Below are positions 46,394-56,782 of a DNA stretch of 64,000 nucleotides, one piece after another; position 1 is the first letter of the stretch, and every line of letters begins with the position of its first letter. The position numbers and the translations under genes were made by a program. The DNA is from an uncultured Colwellia sp. (GTDB lineage Bacteria > Pseudomonadota > Gammaproteobacteria > Enterobacterales > Alteromonadaceae), in assembly GCA_913058405.1 (NCBI GenBank), contig CAJXRC010000002.1, positions 2,932 to 66,931 on the forward strand, written 5' to 3'. A model generated the notes under the pieces. It was not told the DNA's origin. It did not search any database and worked only from the letters and a program-made list of their open reading frames with translations.

Positions 46394-48646
46394 CTAAACG
46401 GCAAAAACTTTATTCACAGGCAAATCACGTATCCTAGTTTTGCTAGCATGGTAAATTGCATTCGTAATGCTTGGTGCTACTGGGGGCACACCAGGCTCAC
46501 CAATTCCTCCAGGAGGTGCGTCAGACTCAACAATATGCACATGTAATTCAGGTACTTGATTCATACGAGTCACGGGGTAATCATGAAAGTTACTTTGTTG
46601 AACTTTGCCTTCTTCTACTGTTATCTCTCCCATTAAGGCAATAGATAGGCCAAATATCATAGCACCTTCCATTTGTGCTTTAACTCTATCAGGGGTTACA
46701 ACAATGCCGCAATCTACCGCAGTATGCATTTCAAGTACTGTGACTTTATTGTTTACCACTTCAACCTTGGTGGCAGCGGCAACAAAAGAGCCGAAACTGC
46801 GCAAGAAGCTTATACCCCAACCTTGGTTTTCAGGTAATTCTTGCTCAACCTCAGCTTTATCACTGATTAAGTTGATGAGATCTTTCATGCGCTTAGTATC
46901 AACAGGGTGATCTGTTAGTGCTAAATTATAATTAGAGTACTTGAAACCATTTTTATTTGGGTCTACATGGCGATCATCACCCAACAAGTTAAGCCACATT
47001 TGCCTGGTAGGCAGTTTTGCTTTTACTGCTAATTCATCGACAAAAGAACCCAAGGCGAAGCCGTTATTGATACAGGCTACTGAACGTACCCAGCCAGGTC
47101 GGACAAAAGAATCGACCGCATGTTTTTCGATACTCAAATTATTTAAAGCGAAAGGAATATCACCAAAACCCAAGGCGAGTTGATCATCACTCGGCATTTT
47201 AGCTTCAGGATTCCACAGCCAGCCAATCGGTGGATAAGCGTTACGGCTTACCCAGTAATCTGCGCTACCCTTACCGTTTAACTCAGCTTTACAGTAATTG
47301 GCTGAAATAGAATGGTAGAATCCATGCTGGATGTCATCCTCGCGACTCCAAATGACTTTTACCGGGCGCTTACTCGCTCTGGCTAATTCAACCGCTTCAA
47401 TAATAAAATCGGCTTTTGATTTTCGACCAAACGCGCCACCCATGAGTGTGACATTGAGCTCAATATTATCCTGCTCTTCCTTGCCTAGACCTAACTCTTT
47501 AGCGACGTTGCTTTTAGCCCATTGTGGATTTTGTGTTCCAGCCCAAATAGTGCACTTTTTACCTTTGACTATTGCGGTTGCAGCAGGTGTTTCCATCGGT
47601 GCATGATGGATGTACGGGACTGTGTAGGTTGCTTCTATCGTATTTTTATCATGATATTTATGGCTATAAATATCTCCTTTTTTGGCAACCGTTTCGCCTT
47701 GTTGATTTACTTGTTTCGCAAGTTGTTTAATAAACTTGCTGCTGTTGTGAGACGCTTTTTCACCATCTTGCCATTTGATTTTTAGCTTCTTACGTCCTTC
47801 AATTGCAGCCCAGGTATTATTGGCAAGTACCGCAACACCTGATAATGGGTTGGTGGTAACAGGAATACTACGTGGTTTTAATGCTATAACATCAACCACA
47901 CCCTTTACTTTTAGGGCGTCACTGGCATCGAAAGATACTAGGTTACCTCCGACTACAGGTGGTCTTACAATAGTTGCAATAAGCATATTATCTAGCTGAA
48001 TGTCTTGCGCGTATTGCGCTTTACCGGCAACAATATTATCTAAATCGACCAGTTTGACATCTTTACCAATGAGAGAGAAATTGGCGCTGCTTTTTAATTT
48101 TACTGTGGTGCTATCCGGTGGGGTAAGTTTGGTGGCGTGACTGGCAAGTTCGCCAAAGCTAATTTTTTCGCCAGTAGCAGTATGAACAACATAATGGTTT
48201 TCTGCTTTGACACTGTTACGTTGTACTTGCCAAATATTAGCGGCAGCTTGTTCTAACATATCACGGGCTACAGCGCCGATTTGGCGAATACTGGTGAAAT
48301 GACTACGAATAGAAGCTGAGCCTGCTGTGCCCTGAGAGCCATATTTTGCATCTGCTTTAGCTTGAACAACATTGACTTTAAGCCAATCGGCCTCTAATTC
48401 TTCAGCAATAATTTGCGGTACACTGGTGCGGATACCTTGACCCATTTCACTGCGATGACACACTAATGTCACCATAGAGTCGCTGGCAATACTCACAAAG
48501 AAGTTTAATTCATGGCTAAGTCCTGCGGCAGAAGACTTCGCTTGCGCTGAAGCAATAGGCAAGTTCATGCCTAATACAAAGGTGCCGCTTGAGATCCCTG
48601 CAACTTTTAGGAAACCACGACGACTTACGTTTTCAATAGCATTCAT
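46394..48646 (-). CDS. Xanthine-oxidase-family molybdopterin subunit (IorB-like, Tat-exported)
   Basis: SRRGFLK twin-Arg signal, EMGQG, AEEL, HAPME, GGAFGR, AQMEG, GEPGVPP. Confidence 0.92.
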   Translation of the reverse strand: MNAIENVSRRGFLKVAGISSGTFVLGMNLPIASAQAKSSAAGLSHELNFFVSIASDSMVTLVCHRSEMGQGIRTSVPQIIAEELEADWLKVNVVQAKADAKYGSQGTAGSASIRSHFTSIRQIGAVARDMLEQAAANIWQVQRNSVKAENHYVVHTATGEKISFGELASHATKLTPPDSTTVKLKSSANFSLIGKDVKLVDLDNIVAGKAQYAQDIQLDNMLIATIVRPPVVGGNLVSFDASDALKVKGVVDVIALKPRSIPVTTNPLSGVAVLANNTWAAIEGRKKLKIKWQDGEKASHNSSKFIKQLAKQVNQQGETVAKKGDIYSHKYHDKNTIEATYTVPYIHHAPMETPAATAIVKGKKCTIWAGTQNPQWAKSNVAKELGLGKEEQDNIELNVTLMGGAFGRKSKADFIIEAVELARASKRPVKVIWSREDDIQHGFYHSISANYCKAELNGKGSADYWVSRNAYPPIGWLWNPEAKMPSDDQLALGFGDIPFALNNLSIEKHAVDSFVRPGWVRSVACINNGFALGSFVDELAVKAKLPTRQMWLNLLGDDRHVDPNKNGFKYSNYNLALTDHPVDTKRMKDLINLISDKAEVEQELPENQGWGISFLRSFGSFVAAATKVEVVNNKVTVLEMHTAVDCGIVVTPDRVKAQMEGAMIFGLSIALMGEITVEEGKVQQSNFHDYPVTRMNQVPELHVHIVESDAPPGGIGEPGVPPVAPSITNAIYHASKTRIRDLPVNKVFAV

Positions 48647-48648
48647 GG

Positions 48649-49194
48649 TTATGCTCCTTGCTTGCTGGCATCAAAAATCTCTACACCACTTTTATTGGCG
48701 GTGGAGTGACTGGCAGATAAATCACTGTTGGATGAATGTGCTGCGGCTGACTTAATGGCGGCTTTGATACGTTGATAAGTACCGCATCGGCAAATATTGC
48801 CTTGCATGTGCTCGATTATTTGCTTATCTGTTGGTTGAGGCGTAGCTTTTAATAATGCCGCTGCACTCATCATTTGACCACTCTGGCAATAGCCACATTG
48901 TGGTACTTTAAATTCACGCCAAGCAACTTGCACAGCACTTTCGCCTAGTTTCCCATTGTTATCCGCTAAGCCTTCGATAGTGGTTATCGCTTGTTCAGCA
49001 ACCGCGGAGATTGGCGTAATACAAGAACGTATGGCGGTGCCATTGAGATGAACCGTACAGGCGCCACATTGTCCTGCGCCGCAGCCAAACTTAGTACCGG
49101 TGAGTTTTAGCTCATCACGCAGGGCGTAAAGCAGTGGCATTTGTGGATCAACATCAAGCTCAACAGGCTTATTGTTTAAGGTAATTTTGATCAT
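48649..49194 (-). CDS. 2Fe-2S subunit (IorA-like)
   Basis: GTKFGCGAGQCGACT, QCGYCQSG, NICRCGTY. Confidence 0.94.
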   Translation of the reverse strand: MIKITLNNKPVELDVDPQMPLLYALRDELKLTGTKFGCGAGQCGACTVHLNGTAIRSCITPISAVAEQAITTIEGLADNNGKLGESAVQVAWREFKVPQCGYCQSGQMMSAAALLKATPQPTDKQIIEHMQGNICRCGTYQRIKAAIKSAAAHSSNSDLSASHSTANKSGVEIFDASKQGA

Positions 49195-49263
49195 ACTGGC
49201 TCCAGGTTTTGACAGTGTGAAGTTATGTTTAACTCATTTTTTGAAAAATAGTGTAGATAGAAA

Positions 49264-49920
49264 TTATAGAGAACTTTGTAATTGCTCTTGTGAAGGATGT
49301 TCTATTTGTTGCCTAACATTCTCTAAATCAGACAAGGTATCAATATCAATTTTTGCTTCTTTACAGGTTATAGCATCGGTTTTTTTTGCATGCTGCAGTA
49401 ATAGTTTACCGGCACCTTTATCACCTTGTAGCTTCACTAGTAGCGGAAAGTATTTTTCTGGAAAAATGGCAGGCGCCATCAATTTTTCATCACACAAGGT
49501 GGCAATTATTTTATTAGGCTGTTCTTTGCTGGCACTGAGTAACTCTTGGTAATGCTCAGAGGTAATTAACGCTTGATCTGCTAAGGCAACTAATATGTGA
49601 GTACTCGTTGCTTTAATTGAGTGCACGGACTCTGCTAAAGTATGTCCCATGCCATCTGACCAATGCTGGCTTGCAATCACCGAAACACCTTGAGGTAAAA
49701 TTGCCTGTATAGCGTTTTTATTCGCGCCGAGAGTGACAAACAAATTATCAACATAGCCGTTTTTAAGCAGTGGTTGAAGTTTATCAACACTATGAGTAAT
49801 TAGCGGTTTACCCTGAATTTGAGCAAGTTGCTTAATGGTGGCACAACCTATCTTATTTGGTGAGGATGATTGAAAGCGCTGACCTTTTCCGGCCGCCAAT
49901 AGAATGATATTAACCTGCAT
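49264..49920 (-). CDS. Molybdenum cofactor cytidylyltransferase (MocA-like)
   Basis: LLAAGKGQRF, W..GMG, LADQ, L.GDKGA, DIDT..D. Start set at MQVNIILL, overlapping the xdhC-family gene. Confidence 0.85.
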   Translation of the reverse strand: MQVNIILLAAGKGQRFQSSSPNKIGCATIKQLAQIQGKPLITHSVDKLQPLLKNGYVDNLFVTLGANKNAIQAILPQGVSVIASQHWSDGMGHTLAESVHSIKATSTHILVALADQALITSEHYQELLSASKEQPNKIIATLCDEKLMAPAIFPEKYFPLLVKLQGDKGAGKLLLQHAKKTDAITCKEAKIDIDTLSDLENVRQQIEHPSQEQLQSSL

Positions 49921-50941
49921 GGTTAACAACCTGTTTAATACTGTTAGAAAGTTGGCTTGGAAAATAGCCCAAAGATTTACCAGAAGCTTGCTCAATGCAA
50001 GCATGTGCTTGTGACATTATGGCTAGGGCAATTGATTCAGGTAGATCTCCGCCAAGGTCAAAACCAATGGGGTTGGCTAACTTGTTAGGTAAGTCTGTTG
50101 AGTTTAATTGTGCTTTTTCCAACACTTGCTCCGTACGGTGTTGTGGTCCTAATAACCCTAAATAGCTCGCGCCAGTTAAATTCTCTTGGCTTTTCACTAA
50201 CTGTAGGGCGTGTGCGTCGAGTGAAACATTATGGTGCATTATTACGATAGCGTCCGCTTTGGGTAAAAGCAAACTTTGCGCTAAGCTTGCGTAATCTTGG
50301 TTGATGACGAGATCAGCGTCTTTAAAATAAGCGGCTCTAGCATAGGACGTTCTGCAATCAATTAAACAAATAAACCAACCTAAAGTATGCGCTATTTTTA
50401 CCAGAGGTTGCGTATCCACACCACCACCAAATATAACTAAAGCAGGGGCAGGCTTAATCGCAATAAGAGATTCAAGTGAGTTATCAGCTTTTGATAGCAC
50501 TTGATTATTAATTCGAGAGCCAGCTTGTGCGTTGAAGGTATCAATATGATAAAAACAAGCATTACGGTTATCAAGTTGGCTTTTTAAGGTCAGTAAATCG
50601 AGGTAATTATTATCTTGGTTAATTGGCTGAACTATTACTTTCACTAAACCACCGCAACCTATGCCGAGTTGCCAGGCTATATCACTGTCATCCATCATAT
50701 CGTAACTGACAGTAATACTTGTGTTTCTTTGCCAGCATTTTTGCGCTTGGCGTATTAGATCAGCTTCAAGACAGCCACCACTTAGTAAGCCATAGCTCTT
50801 ACCTAAGCTATTGATAAGCATCATAGCACCCGATTTTCGATAAGAAGATCTTTGTGTTTCAATGATACTGGCAAGAGCCCATTGGCATGAGTCTTTCTTG
50901 GGAAACCAGCTAGCTAATAATGCGGCAAGGCGATTACTCAT
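49910..50941 (-). CDS. XdhC/CoxI family Moco maturation factor
   Basis: SSYRKSGA, LSGGCLE, LGIGCGG, YLGLLGP, PIG.DLGG..PESIAL. Confidence 0.92.
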   Translation of the reverse strand: MSNRLAALLASWFPKKDSCQWALASIIETQRSSYRKSGAMMLINSLGKSYGLLSGGCLEADLIRQAQKCWQRNTSITVSYDMMDDSDIAWQLGIGCGGLVKVIVQPINQDNNYLDLLTLKSQLDNRNACFYHIDTFNAQAGSRINNQVLSKADNSLESLIAIKPAPALVIFGGGVDTQPLVKIAHTLGWFICLIDCRTSYARAAYFKDADLVINQDYASLAQSLLLPKADAIVIMHHNVSLDAHALQLVKSQENLTGASYLGLLGPQHRTEQVLEKAQLNSTDLPNKLANPIGFDLGGDLPESIALAIMSQAHACIEQASGKSLGYFPSQLSNSIKQVVNHAG

Positions 50942-51063
50942 TTATTGTTCGGTCATTTAAAAGCAGATTAAGGTAACCATAAATGAGAAAGTCGCCAAAT
51001 TAAACTATTGTTGGCAAATAAAATGTAAGTAATTAATTAACGTTTTTACTCAGCTCTCACGTG

Positions 51064-54000
51064 TTAGTCATTAAGGACAATTTTTGGCTGCCACTCTAAC
51101 CAGTCTTTATCAACAACTTGATGTAACATGAAGCTTGTCGGTAAGAGCATAGATTCATGTTCAGTTTCAGGAATTTTATCATTATTTTCATCAATGCTAG
51201 GCGTTGCAAAGGCAATACCACCAGCAATTAGAGTTTCTATCGATTCAGAGTCAATATTAATGCCAGAGAAAATACCTGCTTCTATCTTGATACCACTAGT
51301 ATTCCAGAACTGACTTTTTTCGTTAACAAGCGGTGCATAACGTTTGGCTATATTGATAAAAATGTTTACTTGGTCAGCCGTAGCAGATAAATCGATACCA
51401 ATGACTTTACCGACTTTAATTTGGCGATATAGCACAGGGTTACCTACGCGAACAGAACCAAGGCGTGATGCAGTCAATTTGATATTTAAGCCATAATTCA
51501 GTTGTTCAATGGTAGGAGCCAACTCAAGGGCTTCAAATTCATTCTTTAGTGTCGCTTTCACATTGTACGAGGGTAATAAAGCAATGAAAGCACCATCAAG
51601 TAAAGCGGTAACATTTTTCGACCCGACGAGCCCAATTTGAGGCTCAATTTTCCAAAACTTGGTTCCTTGACGAGCGAATTGGCTGCCTAAATCATTTAAT
51701 AGTACTAAAGCGGTAACGCCAACCTTGTCTTCAGTAAATATTAAACGCTCAATTGTACCCAAAGTTTGCTCTTGGTAAATAACCTTTGTATTGACCTTTA
51801 AACCGGAGATATCATTAAAATGGATGCTAATAGTCTGTCCGGCATCTTTGGCATGTTCTTCATGTTTAAATAGGGTGAAGTTAGACAGTTCTGCAACGTG
51901 GTTATTTTTTGATGATGCACTTGTTAGTGATACTTCTGGGTTATAAAAGCTAATGCCACCGCGTAAAATGGCATCAACTGATTCCGTTTTTACCACAAAA
52001 TCACTTAAACCGCCGGAAATAGTGACACCGCCAGCATTATAAAAACGACTCGTGCTTTGCAATAAATCTCGGTGTTCTTCGTCAATTGTTATGTTGACTT
52101 TAATCTCATCATCTATTTTATTCAGGCTAACATTGTCTACTTGACCAATCGTAATGCCACGATAGCTAATTGCACTACCAGGCGTTGCGACACTGGCATG
52201 TTCGGTTGTTAAAGAAAGCTGTAATCCGGGTGAACTTGCTAGTTTTACTGGCGGCTGGCTATACAAAGTGAACTGGTTTTTGGCTTCACCTTGGCCAAGA
52301 TTAAAGGTGATGTAGGCGCCACCGAATAAGGCATCGGTATCACTAGCACCAGAAATACTTAAGTTTGGCTTAACTAGGTAGAATTGTGTGTCAGCTTTTA
52401 ATATATGTCGATACTCAGGTAATAACCCGAGTTGTAGTTGCTGTTTATTACCCTGAATCTTGGTTTTATGAATAGCGCCAATTTCTACACCGCGATATAA
52501 AAGTCGCGTATCAGCACTTATTTGCTCGCCAGCTTTATAGTTCAGAGTAAAGCTTACATTTTGTTCGGCGAGTTTGTTATTAGCATAGAGTGAGAAACTA
52601 TCACCATTCTTAACCGATTTTTTTTGTGACTCTTGTTTATTATCTTGGCTAGTAAAAGCAATGCCGCCCGTTAAGATACTCTGTAATGACTGAGCTTGGA
52701 TATCAACGCCTAATAAACTGGCCGATATTTTAACGCCAGAATTATTGTAAAAACGGCTGCTGTTATTCACATAATGACTAAATTTTGGTTGTACATGAAT
52801 ATGAATTAAATGGCGTTCTGGCGCAGTTGTTTCAATGGCTTGTATATTACCAACGACTTGTTGCTTGTAATAAACATTGCTACCAACTTGTAATGAGCTT
52901 CGGTCATTACTGGTTAACATTAAGTGTAAACCTGGTTCTGTGTATTTATAAGGGGGTTTGTTACTAAACACAGTAAATTTATTACTGGGGTTTCCTGCTA
53001 AAGATGGCCTTATACTTAGATAATTTCCGGTTAACAATGTCTTAGCGTTTGATAAACCCGAAAGGCTGATTTGAGGTGCAACAATATAAAACTGGGATTG
53101 ATCTGTTAAATAAGGCACCACGCGAGGATTAACTTTTGCGATAGCGGTAATCTTTCGACTTACGGGGTCTATTTTACTAAATGACTCAATAACGCCTATG
53201 GTTAAGCCTTGAAATAAAATAGCTGCATTGTGATCTATGCCAGAGTTCCATTCTAACGTTAGTTCAACTTCATGACCCATTTCAGCCGATTGGAAGTCAG
53301 CATGTAAGGGAAAAGTTTGACCATTTTTAGCGGGCGCTAACTCTGTTTGATAACTTAAGTTATCAACCGATATTCCGCCAGCCATGATAGAGGCCAAAGA
53401 CTCTGTATTAACTTTTACACCACCAGAGAGAGAAGCAGTTACTTGTACGCCGCTGGTATTATAAAATAAGGAGTTTTCTTTTACTAAATGGGCGAATTCA
53501 GGTTTGATATAAATATTAATACCAATTTTTTTACTGCTTTCTTTATAGTGATAACCCGTAACATGGCCAATAGGGATTTGCTTGAAACTAATCGGGGAAT
53601 TTTCACTGATAGAGCCTAAAACATCGGTGTGCAAGGTAAGATGTAAGCCAGGCGTAGACATATCTAAGGTAGGGGCTTCAGTTAACGCGATAAAATGATC
53701 TTGGCTATCAGCCTTTTGATTGGTATCTGGCATAATTGTGATATAACTGCCCGAAATAAGGGTATCTAGTCCAGAAACACCTTGCAGTGAAATATCAGCA
53801 CTAACTAACCAAAAACGCGTGTTTTCAGTGAGATAATCAGTAAAATTCTTAGAAATCTCGACTTCGGCAATAACACGCTGTAAATCTTCAGAGGGCACTA
53901 CTTTTTTCACTAAGCCAGTGACTAAACCTTTATAACGAATTTCCGTTTTATTGGGAACTATGCCTGAGCCGTTATCAAATTCTATTGTGATAAAGGTCCC

Positions 54001-54153
54001 TTGTTCCGAAACTACTTTTACGGTGAGCCATAAGCCAAAAATTAAGGCAATAAAAGGCACAAACCAAATAATGGATATGCCTTGGCGGGGCACAACTTCC
54101 GCATGGATATTTTTATTATGCTCAGAGGCAGCATTATCTTTTTTATTAGTCAT
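51064..54153 (-). CDS. pqiB: PqiB/LetB-family multi-MCE lipid transport protein (8 MCE domains by eye)
   Basis: N-terminal TM (IWFVP...), then eight repeats of the G..V.Y/F.G/Q..IG.V MCE pattern, with GLDTLISG and SI..GGI.F motifs. Confidence 0.9.
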   Translation of the reverse strand: MTNKKDNAASEHNKNIHAEVVPRQGISIIWFVPFIALIFGLWLTVKVVSEQGTFITIEFDNGSGIVPNKTEIRYKGLVTGLVKKVVPSEDLQRVIAEVEISKNFTDYLTENTRFWLVSADISLQGVSGLDTLISGSYITIMPDTNQKADSQDHFIALTEAPTLDMSTPGLHLTLHTDVLGSISENSPISFKQIPIGHVTGYHYKESSKKIGINIYIKPEFAHLVKENSLFYNTSGVQVTASLSGGVKVNTESLASIMAGGISVDNLSYQTELAPAKNGQTFPLHADFQSAEMGHEVELTLEWNSGIDHNAAILFQGLTIGVIESFSKIDPVSRKITAIAKVNPRVVPYLTDQSQFYIVAPQISLSGLSNAKTLLTGNYLSIRPSLAGNPSNKFTVFSNKPPYKYTEPGLHLMLTSNDRSSLQVGSNVYYKQQVVGNIQAIETTAPERHLIHIHVQPKFSHYVNNSSRFYNNSGVKISASLLGVDIQAQSLQSILTGGIAFTSQDNKQESQKKSVKNGDSFSLYANNKLAEQNVSFTLNYKAGEQISADTRLLYRGVEIGAIHKTKIQGNKQQLQLGLLPEYRHILKADTQFYLVKPNLSISGASDTDALFGGAYITFNLGQGEAKNQFTLYSQPPVKLASSPGLQLSLTTEHASVATPGSAISYRGITIGQVDNVSLNKIDDEIKVNITIDEEHRDLLQSTSRFYNAGGVTISGGLSDFVVKTESVDAILRGGISFYNPEVSLTSASSKNNHVAELSNFTLFKHEEHAKDAGQTISIHFNDISGLKVNTKVIYQEQTLGTIERLIFTEDKVGVTALVLLNDLGSQFARQGTKFWKIEPQIGLVGSKNVTALLDGAFIALLPSYNVKATLKNEFEALELAPTIEQLNYGLNIKLTASRLGSVRVGNPVLYRQIKVGKVIGIDLSATADQVNIFINIAKRYAPLVNEKSQFWNTSGIKIEAGIFSGINIDSESIETLIAGGIAFATPSIDENNDKIPETEHESMLLPTSFMLHQVVDKDWLEWQPKIVLND

Positions 54154-54155
54154 TT

Positions 54156-54842
54156 CTATCCCTTTTTTTCTGGTAAAGTGCCTGGTAGATCGTCTGGCGA
54201 ATCTATTGATAATAATGGCGTATGTCCTGCAGCTTTACTATCCGCTTTTTTATCCCATAACAAACGCGGATCAAAACTATTAGCAGCAAACATGGTAAAA
54301 ATTACCGTAATGGTAAAATAATTGATAGCAGGACCTGCGGCTACCGAGGTGACAAAGCCAAGTTCAACCACAGTAACCATTAACGCAACAACGAAGACAT
54401 CAAGCATTGACCAAGGACCTAATACCTCAAGCGCGTGGTAAAATTTACTATGTTTGTCTGGTTTTAAACGGATCCCTGTATGCGCTTTATAAACTAACAC
54501 AAATAAGCCGATAATTTTTAATAAAGGCACTATGATACTGGCAGTAAAGATAATCACAGCTATTGGGTATAAGCCATGGTCAATAAACTCGCCGATACCC
54601 GACAAAATGGTTGCCTCATCACCAATACCCAATTGATAAACGATCATTATTGGGTAAAGGTTAGCAGGAATAAAGGCTAATAAGGCCGCAAAATTCCACG
54701 CCAAAGTGTACTGTAAACTATTACGCTTACGTTGATAAAATTTGCCATTACAGCGGCTACAATGCTGAGGCTCTGTTTTTAAGTTATTAAGCTTATGGCA
54801 CTTAGGGCATAACGTTAGGTCAAGTTGTTTAGCTGTTCTCAT
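54156..54842 (-). CDS. pqiA: PqiA/LetA family protein (C-terminal half)
   Basis: CPKC...CSRC, PANLYPIM, IFTASI.VP, G.WSMLDVF, FDPRLLW. Start set at MRTAK (54842). Confidence 0.9.
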   Translation of the reverse strand: MRTAKQLDLTLCPKCHKLNNLKTEPQHCSRCNGKFYQRKRNSLQYTLAWNFAALLAFIPANLYPIMIVYQLGIGDEATILSGIGEFIDHGLYPIAVIIFTASIIVPLLKIIGLFVLVYKAHTGIRLKPDKHSKFYHALEVLGPWSMLDVFVVALMVTVVELGFVTSVAAGPAINYFTITVIFTMFAANSFDPRLLWDKKADSKAAGHTPLLSIDSPDDLPGTLPEKKG

Positions 54843-55488
54843 CCTGTACCTCGTCTTTTGCAAAAGCTCTTTCAAGCTTGTCCCAGATGTAGTCTTGATC
54901 GAGTGCCACAGCGGACATAGTAGAACAAATTAACCAAAAAATAAAAGCCAATAAGCCAAGGTTAACTGATAGCTCAGTATCATCAATTAACTTATACATA
55001 GACACAACAATGCCCAACATAAAGACATTGAGCATAGCCCAGTTATCAAGATGATGATAAGCACGAAAGAAGTTTAATAAGGATGGTCTTAACTTGTTGA
55101 ATTTAAAACTATAGGAGATATACAGTGCACCCGCTAAACGGACGATTGGCACAGCAATAGCGAATAGAAAAACTAAACAGGCAATCATAAAAAAGCCGCG
55201 GTCAATCAACACTAAAATACAATCAAATAAAGAAGCTTGATGAAATTGACCAGCCAAGGTTACACCCATAATAGGCAATAAAATTGCGGGCAGCATTAGC
55301 ATCAAACCGGCAAGCGACCAATTGAAACTGCGTTCAATAGAATCGACTTTTCGCTCTATCAAGGTACTGCCACAACGATTGCACTTAGCAAGTTGACCTT
55401 GTTTTAATTGTGGTTTGTCATATAGCGCATCACATTGCTGACAAGCGACAAATAATGAGGTTTTATTATTGTTGTTCTTGTTGTCCAT
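54829..55488 (-). CDS. pqiA: PqiA/LetA family protein (N-terminal half)
   Basis: CQQCD...CNRCG, WAMLNVFMLG..VS..KL. Confidence 0.88.
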   Translation of the reverse strand: MDNKNNNNKTSLFVACQQCDALYDKPQLKQGQLAKCNRCGSTLIERKVDSIERSFNWSLAGLMLMLPAILLPIMGVTLAGQFHQASLFDCILVLIDRGFFMIACLVFLFAIAVPIVRLAGALYISYSFKFNKLRPSLLNFFRAYHHLDNWAMLNVFMLGIVVSMYKLIDDTELSVNLGLLAFIFWLICSTMSAVALDQDYIWDKLERAFAKDEVQDENS

Positions 55489-55527
55489 TTTCTGCTAGTC
55501 ATCCATCCACTTACCAAAAGTACAATG

Positions 55528-55556
55528 AAAAAAAAGCAGCGATAAACGCTGCTTTT
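55528..55556 (-). terminator. Intrinsic terminator of the cytochrome gene
   Basis: AAAAGCAGCG-ATAAA-CGCTGCTTTT, with a U-tract on the minus strand. Confidence 0.8.
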
Positions 55557-55590
55557 CTAAAAACTTATTAATGAAGCAACCAAGCCATTA

Positions 55591-56547
55591 TTATTTTAAT
55601 GACGTGATGTATTGAGAAACAGCATCAATATCAGCATCTGATAATTTAATCGCGATATTACGCATAATACCACTGTTATCATTACCACGACTTCCATCAC
55701 GGAAGCTAGCAAGTTGCTTTTTCAAGTAATCTTGACTTTGACCAGTAAGGCTTGGGAAACCAGCTTGTTTCATACCTTTACCTGTTACGCCATGACAAGC
55801 AATACATGCTGTAATGCCTTTAGCTGCATCGCCGCCTAAGTATAACTTATGGCCCGCTACATTTGACTCACCAGTACCCGCTTTAGTATTTTGCACTGCA
55901 AAGTATGCAGCTAAGTCATCCATGTCTTCTTCAGAAAGACCTGCAACCATACCTGCCATTATTGGATCGTTACGATTACCTGATTTAAAATCAGCTAATT
56001 GCTTAGCAATATAGTTAGCACTTTGACCAGCAAGGCTTGGGTACGTAGGTACTAAGCTATTGCCGTCGGCGCCGTGACACGCTGCACATGCAGCTGATTT
56101 ATTTTGACCGGCTGCTACATTACCTCTGTAAATTGCTGCTGCTGGTGTTGAAGCAACGATTTCAACGTTTCCTGCTGCTGGAGCACTCGCTGGTGCTGCA
56201 TCAGTGCCTGTATCTGTACTTGATGAAGCTGCTGCTTGTTCATTTGCACTTGGTAAACCTGAAAAGTGAGCCGCTAAGTCAGCCATATCTGCATCAGATA
56301 AGTTAGCTGCCATAGGCGCCATCATGGCATCGGTACGCGCGCCAGATTTGAAATCTTTTAATTGTTTAATGATATAAGCGTCATTTTGTCCGGCAATGTT
56401 AGGGAACATAGGACTTCCACTAACACCTGTAGGACCATGACAAGCGCTACAAGCACCTGCTTTTTCTTTGCCTGCATTAGCATCTGCGGCTTGTACAGCA
56501 CTTACTGAACTTAAAGCTACAAATAGCGAAAAGATAATTTTTTTCAT
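55591..56547 (-). CDS. Cytochrome c4-like protein with three haem-binding domains
   Basis: Signal peptide; CSACH, CAACH and CIACH, each followed by P.LAGQ...Y..KQL..F..G.R...M. Divergent from yihA, the usual c4 location. Confidence 0.92.
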   Translation of the reverse strand: MKKIIFSLFVALSSVSAVQAADANAGKEKAGACSACHGPTGVSGSPMFPNIAGQNDAYIIKQLKDFKSGARTDAMMAPMAANLSDADMADLAAHFSGLPSANEQAAASSSTDTGTDAAPASAPAAGNVEIVASTPAAAIYRGNVAAGQNKSAACAACHGADGNSLVPTYPSLAGQSANYIAKQLADFKSGNRNDPIMAGMVAGLSEEDMDDLAAYFAVQNTKAGTGESNVAGHKLYLGGDAAKGITACIACHGVTGKGMKQAGFPSLTGQSQDYLKKQLASFRDGSRGNDNSGIMRNIAIKLSDADIDAVSQYITSLK

Positions 56548-56782
56548 TGAGTTGCTCTCTGCTTGTCAATAATTACGTAGCTATTTGAACAAAATATTAG
56601 CTATCTAATTAAGAAATGATAAAAAAAGTATGATGGTTGTCGGCATTTTACACGAATATTAGTCCTGTGTAATAGTGGATAAGCAAAAATTGAGCAAAAA
56701 AAACCATAAATTCACAGTTTTATGCATTTTTTTAATAATAAAAGTAAAAGAAAAACGCTATAATGGCGAAAATTTTAAACGA

